The position numbers and the translations under genes are program-made. The notes under the pieces are model-generated. The model was not told the DNA's origin. It saw nothing but the letters and a program-made list of their open reading frames with translations, and searched no databases. This document shows, one piece after another, positions 27,412 through 37,309 of a stretch of DNA of 64,000 bases. The number at the start of each line of letters is the position of its first letter. Within the stretch, counting starts at the first letter, position 1. The stretch comes from a bacterium (lineage in GTDB: Bacteria; Patescibacteriota; Minisyncoccia; UBA6257; GWB1-50-10), in contig JAKAIX010000002.1 in assembly GCA_021814165.1 (NCBI GenBank), forward strand, positions 69,371 to 133,370. The letters run 5' to 3'.

Positions 27412-27930
27412 TTATACCTGCTTTTCCTGGGGCGCCGTTTCTTTCTTCGGATCGGCGTTTTCTTTTTGTTTCGGCAAGTGCTCCCGCATCACAATATCGT
27501 ATGCCTTCTTCAAATTCCGCTTCAAATTCGGCGCCTTGAGCATCCGTGCCGCATCCTTATAAAGAAACCATCCGTATCCCTGATGTTCGCGCGGAACGAT
27601 CGTGATAACCTGCTTCGACGTCTCCGCGAGGTAGTAGATCACGAGGCGCGATACGCGTTTTTTCTCTTTCGTGAAGAATACGAACCGGTCGGAAACCTTA
27701 AACCAATTATTGAATCGGAGCTCACGGGGGCCGATCCCCGTCTCTTCCCGCACCTCCCGGAGCGCGGCGCGAAAACTCCGTTCCCCTTCCGTCAGCTTTC
27801 CTTTGGGAAAATTCCAGTAGGGGCCGCCGTGGTATAAAAGCAGAAACTTGGGGCCCTCGGGGGTCCTTCGAAAAATGATAATGCCCGCGGAGACGGACAC
27901 CTCTTTCTTATCTTCCTGTTTGGGAGACAT
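27412..27930 (-). CDS. NUDIX hydrolase, Ap4A-hydrolase-like
   Basis: SAGIIIFR, WNFPKG...ALREVREETG and EHQGYGW. Confidence 0.85.
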   Translation of the reverse strand: MSPKQEDKKEVSVSAGIIIFRRTPEGPKFLLLYHGGPYWNFPKGKLTEGERSFRAALREVREETGIGPRELRFNNWFKVSDRFVFFTKEKKRVSRLVIYYLAETSKQVITIVPREHQGYGWFLYKDAARMLKAPNLKRNLKKAYDIVMREHLPKQKENADPKKETAPQEKQV

Positions 27931-27988
27931 AACCCCCTTATTTTACCCTCCTTCGCGGAGCAACGGAAGCCCGACACCGAAGCGGGGG

Positions 27989-30514
27989 TTATCCTTTGCT
28001 TATCCCGGAATTCGTGGAAAACTCGAACGACCCGTTCCGAAACGTTACGGAGATGCTGTCGCCTCGGCGTACCTCCTTCCTCAATATTTTCTTCGCAAGG
28101 ATGCTTTTCAGCTGGTTTGAAATGACTTCTCGAAGCGGACGCGCGCCGAAGACGGGGTCGTACCCGAGACGCGCAAGTTCCCGGAGCGCCGCATCGTCGC
28201 ACTCGAGCCACAGCCCGTTCCGCTCCTTGAGAGAAGTCGCAAGCTCCCGGATAAGAAGCTTGGTAATGAGATAGGTTTCTTCCTGATTCAAGTTGCGGAA
28301 GACGATGATTCCCGAAAAGCGGTTCAGGAGTTCCGGTTTGAAATAATCCGTCAGTTTTTTCTTCAGTTCCTCGCCGATCGCTTCCGCGGACCGCCCCGCT
28401 TCGATCGAGGATTTGATGAATTCCGAGTGGGCATTCGAGGTTGCGATGATAATCGTGTTCGTAAAGTCGACGACTCTCCCCAAATTATCAGTCAAGCGTC
28501 CGTCATCGAATACGGGGAGAAAAAGATTCAAGAGGTCCGGGTGCGCCTTTTCGAACTCATCGAGAAGAATCAAGGAATATGGGTGCTCCGCGATCGCATC
28601 GGTAAGCGCTCCGGAGTTCGTTCCGTCCGGCGATCCGATAAACTGCGAGATGCTTGCCTTTTCCTGGTACTGCGACATATCAAAACGCTCCATCGCGTCT
28701 TTCGAGCCGAACTGGATTCCCGCAAGGATCTTCGCGAGCTCGGTTTTTCCGACGCCGGTCGGACCCACAAAAAGAAACGTCGCGATCGGTCCGCCTTTTC
28801 TCGAAAGGCCGCTTCGGTACTCCCTGATTGCCTGCGCAACGGCACGCACGGCGTCGTCCTGCCCGATAAGCCGCTCGTGGATTTTTGTTTCAAGGTTCAG
28901 GAGTTGTTCCGTCTCTTCCTTCCCCGCTTGCTGTATCGGGATGCGGCTAAGCTTCTCCGCAACCGCAATTACGTCATCCGCAACCACTTTTTTCTTCTTG
29001 TCCTCGCTTGCTTGCGCGAGTGCTTGTTTCAGAAGATCCATCGCGCTCCCAGGAAGCAGTTTGTTATGAAAGTACCGATGCGCGAGCGTGACCGCCTGTC
29101 GAATCGCGAGAAACGAGATAAACATCTTGTACTGGCGCTCGAGAATCAGGGCTTCGTAGATTAAGACCTTCACCGCGTCGTCCTCGCTTATTTCATTTAC
29201 CCGAACCGTCTCAAACTGTTCGACAAAATCGGAACGCGGCTCAATATATTGTTTATACTCTCTCGGATATGTTTCTCCTATGACCGGAATTATCTCCTCC
29301 TTGATGATGGGAAATATAATGTCGATGGGGTTCAATCCCGCCTTCTGGGATGTCCTGAAAAGATCGTGAACTGAAGGGATATACAGCACGATATTCCCCG
29401 CATTCAGTATCTCCTCAACGATTGTCTTTAAGCGCCCGCTTAGCACCTCGGGCGGCGCGTCAGCGATGAGCGCGCCGATCTCAAGCGATACGAGCCGTTT
29501 ATCGAAGAGCACCGACGGCACCTGGTCTTTTATCATCCTGAACGCGAGATGCGCGATGATACTCGATTTCCCCGCGCCCGGCTCTCCCACGAGGAGCGCG
29601 TTCGGTTTTCCGCTTCTTGAAATTACTTGAATGAGGTTTTGGAATTCCTCCTCGTGCCCCACAAGGAGCCCCACTTCCTCTGCGCGCGCAAGATCCGTGA
29701 GATCGGTCGTAAACTTGTCCAAAACGGGGGTGGGTCGCGCCGTCCATGCGCGGTTCATCACGCGATGTCGGAGAAAGTGCGGCTTGTTCGCGAACCCCCC
29801 GATCGAAGCGGGAAGAAAACGCACCTTGCCGAGCAACCGGCGCCACCTCCCGAAAATCGCCGCCGCTTGCAAATCCTTCATGGTTACGTTGAACGAATCG
29901 AAAACGCTCTGCATCTCCCGAGGAACGTTCGGTAAAGAAACGAGCGCGACAAGAATATTCCTCGTATCGATAAAGCGTTCGTTGCCGCCTATAGCGCTTT
30001 GATGCGCAAGAAGCGTGAGCGCCGCTATTTTTTGCAGAAGCTCTACCGGCGAGGCTGCCGCCTCCTTCGGCGCGTCCGGAAGAAGCTCCTGGATCCTTTT
30101 CCGAAAAGCAGCGGGGTTCACGTCGAGTCGGCTCAACGTCTCCTGAATGTCCTCCTTTTCGGAAAGTGATTCGAGAAGGAGAAAATAAAAATCCTGGCCA
30201 GTCATCTTCGTGCGCCGATACGCGTGGCTTAATACGCGGACGCTCGAAGGAGTGAAGGCTTTTGCGATATTCGCGGTCTTCATTCTTCCGAGCTCGCTTA
30301 AATCACGTTCTCCCTCGCCCGCATGAACCGCGCGGTCTATGAGAAAAAGGGCAAACAGTACGCCGAGCCACGAAAGCGACTCCGATCCGGAAAAGAAGAG
30401 AATCACCGTGGTAGCGGAAAGGAGAATGTACCACGAATATATGGCAAGCCGTACCACGAACTCGTCCGCGGCGTTCAGAAATAGTCTCGATTCTTTGAAA
30501 TAGAACTGCGTCAT
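27989..30514 (-). CDS. ClpA/B/C-family AAA+ ATPase with N-terminal TM helices
   Basis: Two Walker A motifs (GEPGAGKS, GPTGVGKT), LLDEFEKAH, GRLTD and FGARPL. Confidence 0.9.
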   Translation of the reverse strand: MTQFYFKESRLFLNAADEFVVRLAIYSWYILLSATTVILFFSGSESLSWLGVLFALFLIDRAVHAGEGERDLSELGRMKTANIAKAFTPSSVRVLSHAYRRTKMTGQDFYFLLLESLSEKEDIQETLSRLDVNPAAFRKRIQELLPDAPKEAAASPVELLQKIAALTLLAHQSAIGGNERFIDTRNILVALVSLPNVPREMQSVFDSFNVTMKDLQAAAIFGRWRRLLGKVRFLPASIGGFANKPHFLRHRVMNRAWTARPTPVLDKFTTDLTDLARAEEVGLLVGHEEEFQNLIQVISRSGKPNALLVGEPGAGKSSIIAHLAFRMIKDQVPSVLFDKRLVSLEIGALIADAPPEVLSGRLKTIVEEILNAGNIVLYIPSVHDLFRTSQKAGLNPIDIIFPIIKEEIIPVIGETYPREYKQYIEPRSDFVEQFETVRVNEISEDDAVKVLIYEALILERQYKMFISFLAIRQAVTLAHRYFHNKLLPGSAMDLLKQALAQASEDKKKKVVADDVIAVAEKLSRIPIQQAGKEETEQLLNLETKIHERLIGQDDAVRAVAQAIREYRSGLSRKGGPIATFLFVGPTGVGKTELAKILAGIQFGSKDAMERFDMSQYQEKASISQFIGSPDGTNSGALTDAIAEHPYSLILLDEFEKAHPDLLNLFLPVFDDGRLTDNLGRVVDFTNTIIIATSNAHSEFIKSSIEAGRSAEAIGEELKKKLTDYFKPELLNRFSGIIVFRNLNQEETYLITKLLIRELATSLKERNGLWLECDDAALRELARLGYDPVFGARPLREVISNQLKSILAKKILRKEVRRGDSISVTFRNGSFEFSTNSGISKG

Positions 30515-30518
30515 AGAA

Positions 30519-30863
30519 TTAGGAAAGCGTCATAAAAAATTGCCACACCACCGCCGGCGGGATGAGAAGCCATAAGAGATACCCGAAGATCGAAACCGCG
30601 AAGATAAGAATATATACCACGCTCGCGAGAACGAGGCGGATGGTGCGAAAAACAAACCCCAATATGCGCCCGACAATCGAATAGTCTTTATAGAGCGGCT
30701 CGAGAAGGTGGTTCCACGTGATTCTCAACGCAAGCACCTCATCGATCTGGGAAAGCTTGTTCAAAACGAAGTTGGAATAGATTTTCCCGCTCTTCACATA
30801 CCAGTGTCGCAGAAACTCCACAATACGGTAGAGGAAGCGTTCCCCGAGATAAATAAATGCCAT
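30519..30863 (-). CDS. Small membrane protein co-transcribed with the Clp ATPase
   Basis: FLRHWY..PLYKD..GRILGF.R followed by hydrophobic helices. Confidence 0.75.
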   Translation of the reverse strand: MAFIYLGERFLYRIVEFLRHWYVKSGKIYSNFVLNKLSQIDEVLALRITWNHLLEPLYKDYSIVGRILGFVFRTIRLVLASVVYILIFAVSIFGYLLWLLIPPAVVWQFFMTLS

Positions 30864-30955
30864 TTAACAGATTATACCTTATGTTCTTGGCTTTTTAAAA
30901 TACTGAAGCGCCGAGATAAAAGTATCCGACGCTTCGATTTTTGTTTAAAACTCAA

Positions 30956-31300
30956 CTATTCCTTCGGTTTTGGCAACTCGGTTCTCGTAAACGCGAAGTT
31001 ACCGGTGTTTTTCTTTTCACAAAGAAAATACTTGCCGGAGTCCCCTTCGATCCAACTCACACTTTGAACACCTTCTATGTTCAAAATGTCTGCCAAGTTC
31101 GTTGCAGAATTTAGGCTCGCGATAGTTGCGGGATCATCGAACGAAACAGAATATTTTCCCACAGTTACCGTCGACGGTTTCGATAGTTCTCTTTCGATCA
31201 TTTTGTCATCTGCCGCATTCGAACGAATAAACACAAATGCGGACATGGCTAAAATCGCGAAAAGAAACAGGGCGGCATAAATCGTGTTTCGGTTCATCAC
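30956..31300 (-). CDS. Hypothetical exported protein
   Basis: N-terminal signal/TM segment; AT-rich. Confidence 0.55.
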   Translation of the reverse strand: MMNRNTIYAALFLFAILAMSAFVFIRSNAADDKMIERELSKPSTVTVGKYSVSFDDPATIASLNSATNLADILNIEGVQSVSWIEGDSGKYFLCEKKNTGNFAFTRTELPKPKE

Positions 31301-31384
31301 TCTATCCTTATAAAGTTAGAAATATGCTAATAATTGTAGAATATTACCATAAAACAATAAAAAAGTCAATCCTTCACAACCCCA

Positions 31385-32296
31385 TCAAAAATACCTCACT
31401 TCTTCCTCCAGGGTTATTCCGAACTTCGCTTTTACCTTCTTTCTTAAAATATCTGCCAATTTTTTAACGTCCTTCGCGGTTGCCTTGCCGGTATTCTCGA
31501 AAAGATTCCCGTGGAAGTCGGGGATTCTGATGCCGCCCTGTCGTATCCCCTTCGCGCCCACTTCTTCAAGGAGGTAGCCGGTGGGTATCTTCCCGCCGAT
31601 TATTTTTGTTGTGTCGATTTTCTTCATCGCGGATCGCGAAACCTCGCTCGCCACCACGTTTTTGAAAAAACTTCCCGGGCATTTGATGCCTGGCTTGTAC
31701 TTTTTTTCTCTGACGGAGACAATCTCTCCCGATTTTTTTTGAAGTTCTTTTTTGTCCCCTCTTTTAAACCGAAGCTCGACGCGAAGCACAAAGAACGGCT
31801 TATGTTTCAATATGCTTTCCCTATATCCGAACCCGCACGCCTTGTTTATAATCCACCTTCTTTTTTTCCCATCCCATATCTCGACCCTTGTGATGACTTC
31901 CGAAATCGAGTGCCCGTAAGCGCCCGCGTTCCCCACCGTCGCGCCGCCGACCGTTCCGGGAATTCCCGAGAGCGTCTCGAGTCCCTTAAATCCGTGCCGT
32001 ATCGCGGTTCTGATAACTTTCATAAGCGGCACGCCCGCGTCGGCGATAATTTTATTATTCGAAATTTTGAGCGATCCTCCGTGAAATCTAACGAGGAGGC
32101 CTTTTAATCCTTCGTCGGGAAATACGATGTTGCTCCCGCCCGCGAATACCCTGAAGGGGATTTTGTGTTTCTTGGCCCACTCGATTGTAACAATCAAATC
32201 CTCTGGTGTTTTTACCAACCGAAACAATTCTGTTTTCCCGCCGATGCGGAACGTTGAAAGAGAGGCGAGGGATATGTTTTTTTGAATTCGAATCAT
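31385..32296 (-). CDS. murB: UDP-N-acetylmuramate dehydrogenase
   Basis: TFRIGG, GGSNI, GIPGTVGGA..NAGAYG, GSFFKN and LEEEV. Confidence 0.95.
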   Translation of the reverse strand: MIRIQKNISLASLSTFRIGGKTELFRLVKTPEDLIVTIEWAKKHKIPFRVFAGGSNIVFPDEGLKGLLVRFHGGSLKISNNKIIADAGVPLMKVIRTAIRHGFKGLETLSGIPGTVGGATVGNAGAYGHSISEVITRVEIWDGKKRRWIINKACGFGYRESILKHKPFFVLRVELRFKRGDKKELQKKSGEIVSVREKKYKPGIKCPGSFFKNVVASEVSRSAMKKIDTTKIIGGKIPTGYLLEEVGAKGIRQGGIRIPDFHGNLFENTGKATAKDVKKLADILRKKVKAKFGITLEEEVRYF

Positions 32297-32401
32297 AACA
32301 CTTCGAATTATGAATAAAAATTTATGAATTGGGGTAACGAGTGTTTGGATCTTTTTTTCTGTTCCAGTCCATAATTCCTTATTCCTGATTCTTTATTCGA
32401 G

Positions 32402-33925
32402 CTAGACGCCTTCCATCACCTGTATATCCGCTCCAATGGAGTTTAGCCGCGAGGCGATTTCCTCATAGCCCCTGTTGATGGAATAAACATTCCGGAGGAT
32501 CGACGTTCCCTCGGCCGCCAGCATGGCGATAAGGATGATCATCGCGGGTCTCAGGGCCGGCGGACACACGATCTGTCCCGCCTTGAGCCGTGTTTTTCCG
32601 GTAATAAAGACGCGGTGCGGATCCGCCAAGGTAACCTGCGCTCCGAGACGGTTTAATTCGGTGAAGTACACGGCTCTGTTTTCCCACATCCAATCGTGGA
32701 TCAGGGTCGTTCCTTCGGCCTGTGTCGCAATCGGCACGAAAAACGGGAGGTTGTCGGAGTTAATGCCGGGATACGGCAGAGAGTGGATCTTATCCGACGG
32801 CGCCTTAAGCTTTGAAGGAAAGACGGTGATATCCACCAGATCCGTTCGTCCGTTGTATGACTTGTACTTCGGCGAAACGGAGAATTTGAGCCCCATCTTT
32901 TCAAGCTTCAGGAGTTCGAGCGAGAGAAAATCGATGGGGCAGCGCGTGATGTGCAATTTCGAGTTCGTCGTCGCCGCGACGGAGATAAACATCATGGACT
33001 CGATCGGATCTTCGCTGTTCCAATACTCTATCGGTTTGTTGATTTCCTTGATCCCGTGGACGACAAGATTGGTCGTGCCGATTCCTTCGATCTTCACCCC
33101 CGCTTTTTCCAAAAAGAAACAGAGTTCCTGCACCTGATAGTTCGGCGGCGCGAAACGAATGGTCGTCGCGCCGGGAATCAGGGCCGCAGCCATCAGAATA
33201 TTGTTTGCCGCCGTATCCCCCGCCTCATACATGACGATCTCCGCAGGTTTCAATTTTTTTGTGGAGACCGTGTAATGATCCGATCTCGTTATAATCGAGA
33301 CGCCGAGTTCTTCCAAACCATAACGATGCGCGGCGATCGTACGGTTTCCCATCTTGCACCCCCCCGCGTGCGGCAACTGAAACTCCGACTCGCGGTGAAC
33401 GAGGGAACCGATAAACATCAAACTCGACCGAACCTTCGAGGCCGCGTCGCGATCAAGTTTTCCGAGCGTAAAATGTTTCGGCGGCATAATCTCGACGCTG
33501 TTCTTCGCAATCCATTTTGCGGAAACGCCGATACTCTCCATAATTTCCATGAGCCGGTTCACCTCCTCGATTCTCGAGATGCCGTGAAGCGTCGTTTTCC
33601 CCCTATTCAAGAGCGAAGCGCATAAAAGCGCCACCGATCCGTTCTTCGAGAAGTTCGTCGCGATGCTTCCCGATAACTTCTTTCCCCCGGTGATTTGGAA
33701 ATCGATCGAGTGGGAGATCGAGACGATTCTTCGATTGAGGATCTTGCTGATCTTCTGGAGTTCTTTCGTGCTGAAATTTTGTTTCCCCGCCTCCATGCGC
33801 GCGACCGCCGACTGGGACGTACCGAGCTCTTTTGCAAAGGCCGCCTGGGTCATGCCACGTTCTTCCCGGAGATTCTTGATGAAATACCCTATCTTCTCCT
33901 GTGTATTCTGGTGGGTGATTGCCAT
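32402..33925 (-). CDS. murA: UDP-GlcNAc 1-carboxyvinyltransferase with an N-terminal XRE HTH
   Basis: TQAAFAKELGTSQSAVARMEAG HTH, followed by SKN, GGCKMGNR, YPGINSD, ENR and RGYE. Confidence 0.92.
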   Translation of the reverse strand: MAITHQNTQEKIGYFIKNLREERGMTQAAFAKELGTSQSAVARMEAGKQNFSTKELQKISKILNRRIVSISHSIDFQITGGKKLSGSIATNFSKNGSVALLCASLLNRGKTTLHGISRIEEVNRLMEIMESIGVSAKWIAKNSVEIMPPKHFTLGKLDRDAASKVRSSLMFIGSLVHRESEFQLPHAGGCKMGNRTIAAHRYGLEELGVSIITRSDHYTVSTKKLKPAEIVMYEAGDTAANNILMAAALIPGATTIRFAPPNYQVQELCFFLEKAGVKIEGIGTTNLVVHGIKEINKPIEYWNSEDPIESMMFISVAATTNSKLHITRCPIDFLSLELLKLEKMGLKFSVSPKYKSYNGRTDLVDITVFPSKLKAPSDKIHSLPYPGINSDNLPFFVPIATQAEGTTLIHDWMWENRAVYFTELNRLGAQVTLADPHRVFITGKTRLKAGQIVCPPALRPAMIILIAMLAAEGTSILRNVYSINRGYEEIASRLNSIGADIQVMEGV

Positions 33926-33942
33926 ATATCATATATGATATA
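33925..33942. promoter_or_regulatory. Perfect 18-bp palindrome at the murA start, candidate operator
   Basis: TATATCATATATGATATA. Confidence 0.6.
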
Positions 33943-34000
33943 AATCCAGATAAAAAAGTAAAGTGTGCAACAAAACTCCTATATTGCTTATAATTAGCAT

Positions 34001-34573
34001 ATGGATTTACGCTTCGTTCTTGGAGTTTTGGGTGGTATTATCACTGCATTTTCCGTTATCCCCTATGTACGGGATATTATGAAGAAAACAACGCGCCCGA
34101 ATTCTGTCTCATGGTCCATTTGGGTACTTCTTCTTACTATTTCGATTTTCGCTCAATGGAGCGCCGGAGCGTCGTGGTCGATTATTCTTCTTATAGGCGA
34201 TCTAATCGGCACAAGTACCATCGCCGCGCTTTCTTTCGCGGGCTACGGCTACGGAAAATATGGCCGCCTCGAGTGGACGTGTCTCGGCCTCGCAATCCTC
34301 GCAATTATTTCCTGGCAAATTACAAGCCAACCGATCTGGGCGATTGTCTTCGCAATCATCGCCGATGCGCTCGCGGCATTTCCCACGCTCGTCAAGGCGT
34401 TCCGCGATCCCCGCTCCGAACACCCGACTATGTGGCTCCTAATTTCATTGGGCGCTCTCCTCGGTATCGCTTCAACCACAATCGTTAATGCCGCAAATCT
34501 TCTCTTCCCCTTTTATCTCTTTGTGATTAACAGCACAATTGGCATCACGACGCTCGTCGGGAGAAAAAAATAA
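34001..34573 (+). CDS. Multi-pass membrane protein (PQ-loop/SWEET-like duplication)
   Basis: IPYVRDI..TRPN..SW and PTLVKAFRDPRSE..W repeats. Confidence 0.7.
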   Translation: MDLRFVLGVLGGIITAFSVIPYVRDIMKKTTRPNSVSWSIWVLLLTISIFAQWSAGASWSIILLIGDLIGTSTIAALSFAGYGYGKYGRLEWTCLGLAILAIISWQITSQPIWAIVFAIIADALAAFPTLVKAFRDPRSEHPTMWLLISLGALLGIASTTIVNAANLLFPFYLFVINSTIGITTLVGRKK

Positions 34574-34580
34574 GTTTTTT

Positions 34581-34770
34581 TGTGCCCTCGATAGGAAGCA
34601 AACGTCGCTTCGCTCCTTGAGAACCCTCGGTTCTCAACGGGCTTCGCCCTGCTCTCCTACACGGGAGACCAGCGTGTTCTCCCTGCCTGCGCAGGCGGGC
34701 CGACCCCACTCCTGTTCGATTCCTTTGAGAAAAAATCAAAAATCCCCAGGACAAGCCCGGGGACTTTTGA
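34581..34770 (-). repeat. tRNA-trailing structured element ending in a duplicated tRNA 3' end
   Basis: 34581-34597 matches 34773-34789 at 16/17 nt. Contains an inverted T-arm copy and several hairpins. Confidence 0.7.
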
Positions 34771-34774
34771 TTTG

Positions 34775-34846
34775 TGCCCTCGACAGGAATCGAACCTGTA
34801 TCTTCTCCTTCGGAGGGAGATATTCTATCCATTGGACTACGAGGGC
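34775..34846 (-). tRNA. tRNA-Arg(CCG)
   Basis: GCCCTCG/CGAGGGC-A acceptor, TCTCC-CTCCGAA-GGAGA anticodon arm, GGTTCGATTCC T-arm. Confidence 0.95.
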
Positions 34847-34887
34847 TCCCTTCCTAAACAAAAATTACCACAAAGATGGGTGGTTTG

Positions 34888-36180
34888 CTAACCATTTCCC
34901 TGCTTCTGCCCCAGGCCCAGAAGCAGGCCTGCGGAGAGCCAAAACATAAGCTGGCCCGCCTCTAAATCCCACATGAAGTGGTCTACGAGACCGAAGAGAA
35001 GGAGGCCGCCAAAAAGCACGCTCACCACGAAAATCTCGTGGGTCTTCTCTTCTCCCTTTGTTTCCTTGAAGCGCCTGAATGCGGAGCGAAATACAAGGAA
35101 TAAAAAGACAAGGAACGCCGAGACGCCCGCAATCCCGCTCTCCGTCGCTACTAAAATGTACAGGTTATGAATCGGCTGTTCTTGCCACGAAAGCGAGAGG
35201 CCCTGTTCGCCGTACAATCCTTCGTGTGCGGCGGTCAGAATCTGATTTCCCCACCCAACGCCGAAGGGGTGACGAAGAAGAAGTTCGGCACCGATCGTAT
35301 TGTACCGTACCCGATGATCTACCGAAGGCTCCTCGGCGGTGAAGTGCGCGCGGGGAAACACTAGCCACCCGAACTGGATAAGAAGCGCTGCGAGCGTTAT
35401 CACCACGACACAGAAAAGGAAAAATGCACGGGAGCGAAGCGGTTTTTTTAGAAAACCATATAAAAGAAGTGCGGCGACGCTTAGTGCCGCGACGATCCAT
35501 CCCGATCGGGAGAAAGTAAGAAGAAGGCCGCCAAGAAGAATAAAAACACAGATTCCGAGAGACGTATTTTCCCATCGTTTCTTGTCTCCCAAAAACAGAA
35601 GTCCGATCGCCGCGACGATTCCCATTACAAAGAGTGCCGCGAGAATATTCGCGTGCGGCATCGTGCCGTAGATACGGAGGAACGAGAGGTCACCGACACT
35701 TACCCTCGCAACACCCTTCGTAAGCGAGGTGATGAATGATTCCCCAAAGAGGTGCAGTCCCACGCTCGCCTGCGCGCCGAACTGGAAGAACCCCACAACA
35801 CCCTGAAGCATGGAGGAGATTACGAGAAGCCATAAAATTATTCTGAGCTCAATGGTTCCTTTTCGGAGAAGCGCCGCGACGGCGAGCGCGAAAAGGAGGA
35901 AAAGGAGAAGGTGAATCCATTTGTAAACAATAAGCCACGGGTCGGAAGACCAAAAGACCGGAAGAAGCCCCAGGAGAGAGAAAGCAAGAAGGAGTTTCGT
36001 GATAGCGTCCCGTTTAATCGCGCGCACGCCCCACGCCGCGAGAAAAAACACAAGAAGGATATCAATCCCGAAGAGGAAAATTGAATGATAATCGCTCACT
36101 CCCGGCGTAAAGGAGAAGAGATATTTTTTCGTCCCCACGGGGATCAAAAACGCGAGGACATATACAAACCAGGAACTCAT
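34888..36180 (-). CDS. O-antigen ligase-family membrane protein
   Basis: RIYGTMPHANILA, TFSRSGW, HPFGVGWG, PIHNLY and DH motifs. Confidence 0.85.
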   Translation of the reverse strand: MSSWFVYVLAFLIPVGTKKYLFSFTPGVSDYHSIFLFGIDILLVFFLAAWGVRAIKRDAITKLLLAFSLLGLLPVFWSSDPWLIVYKWIHLLLFLLFALAVAALLRKGTIELRIILWLLVISSMLQGVVGFFQFGAQASVGLHLFGESFITSLTKGVARVSVGDLSFLRIYGTMPHANILAALFVMGIVAAIGLLFLGDKKRWENTSLGICVFILLGGLLLTFSRSGWIVAALSVAALLLYGFLKKPLRSRAFFLFCVVVITLAALLIQFGWLVFPRAHFTAEEPSVDHRVRYNTIGAELLLRHPFGVGWGNQILTAAHEGLYGEQGLSLSWQEQPIHNLYILVATESGIAGVSAFLVFLFLVFRSAFRRFKETKGEEKTHEIFVVSVLFGGLLLFGLVDHFMWDLEAGQLMFWLSAGLLLGLGQKQGNG

Positions 36181-36186
36181 ACGGGT

Positions 36187-37302
36187 TTATAGTACCACGC
36201 GCGCCACCTCATAAAAGAGTGCCGCAGCAAAAACGAAATAAAGCGAGAAGCTCAGTGCCCTTAAGCGGTGCGAGGGGAAGGCCTTCTGCCACATTCGCAC
36301 AATGAACATACCCTCGAAGGCGAGAAATACGCTCCCCGTGAAGGCCACTAGCTCGAGAAACGTCCCGATGCCGGAAACATAGAAGAGAAGTGGCACAAAA
36401 AGCACGAGAAGCGAGCTCCATGAGGGGCGCACTTTAAGATCGCTCCGAAGAAGATCCTTCACGTTAAGACCTATCATGAAATACGATGTCCAGAGAGCTA
36501 GAAACCCAACAATGCCGAGACCTACGAGAAGCGTCTGTGGAAGCCCGGAAAAACCGCTTAGGGCGTCGGTTGTAACGTTCGGATTGATGCGCAATACCGC
36601 AAACACAAATACGAGATATGTAAGAAGCGGCGCGATCGTGCCGAGCATGATTGCGTTTTTGAGTTTGAATCCGCGTCCCTCTTTTTTTGCAATGCGGTAC
36701 TCCTCCACCATTTTCGGAATCGCAGGCCTTCCGGAAAAAGAAAAAAGAAGTGGGCCAAAGGGGAGCAAGAGCACAATCCAATGGGACGGCGAAACAAAGA
36801 GAGGGGAAGAAACCGATCCTTCCCCCGCGCCGAGTATAAGAAAAATAATCCCCAGGATTCCCGCGATGCCGAACATCTCCGCAACGCCGAGAATAGAGAG
36901 CTCAACAAATATGAAAATCGACGACACGGCCCAAAAAACGATCCCTAAAGGAAGTCCGCTCCATCCGACAATAAGTTCCATAAACGAAGGTGCAAGCACG
37001 AGATAAATTGCGAGCGTAAATATCATCTCCCCCACAATTATGAAATCCGCCCAGATTCTTGCCCGCGGAGAAAAATAATGTTCGGCAAAATATACGAAAC
37101 GGTGGCTACCCTCGTGTCTTAAGCAAATAGCCGCGTACATGGAATGAATGCAGAAATATACAAAAGTAAAAAAGAGAAGATAGAAAAAGCCGAGCACAAG
37201 CCCGACTTTCGAGACGACGTACGGCAGGGAAAAAATCCCCGCGCCAATAATCGTCCCCGCAAGGAGTCCTGAGGAGAGAACGGCGTTCGCGTTCAGGCGC
37301 AT
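36187..37302 (-). CDS. Aromatic amino acid permease family protein
   Basis: GTIIGAGIFSLPY N-terminal motif; multiple TM helices. Confidence 0.8.
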   Translation of the reverse strand: MRLNANAVLSSGLLAGTIIGAGIFSLPYVVSKVGLVLGFFYLLFFTFVYFCIHSMYAAICLRHEGSHRFVYFAEHYFSPRARIWADFIIVGEMIFTLAIYLVLAPSFMELIVGWSGLPLGIVFWAVSSIFIFVELSILGVAEMFGIAGILGIIFLILGAGEGSVSSPLFVSPSHWIVLLLPFGPLLFSFSGRPAIPKMVEEYRIAKKEGRGFKLKNAIMLGTIAPLLTYLVFVFAVLRINPNVTTDALSGFSGLPQTLLVGLGIVGFLALWTSYFMIGLNVKDLLRSDLKVRPSWSSLLVLFVPLLFYVSGIGTFLELVAFTGSVFLAFEGMFIVRMWQKAFPSHRLRALSFSLYFVFAAALFYEVARVVL

Positions 37303-37309
37303 GGAATTA

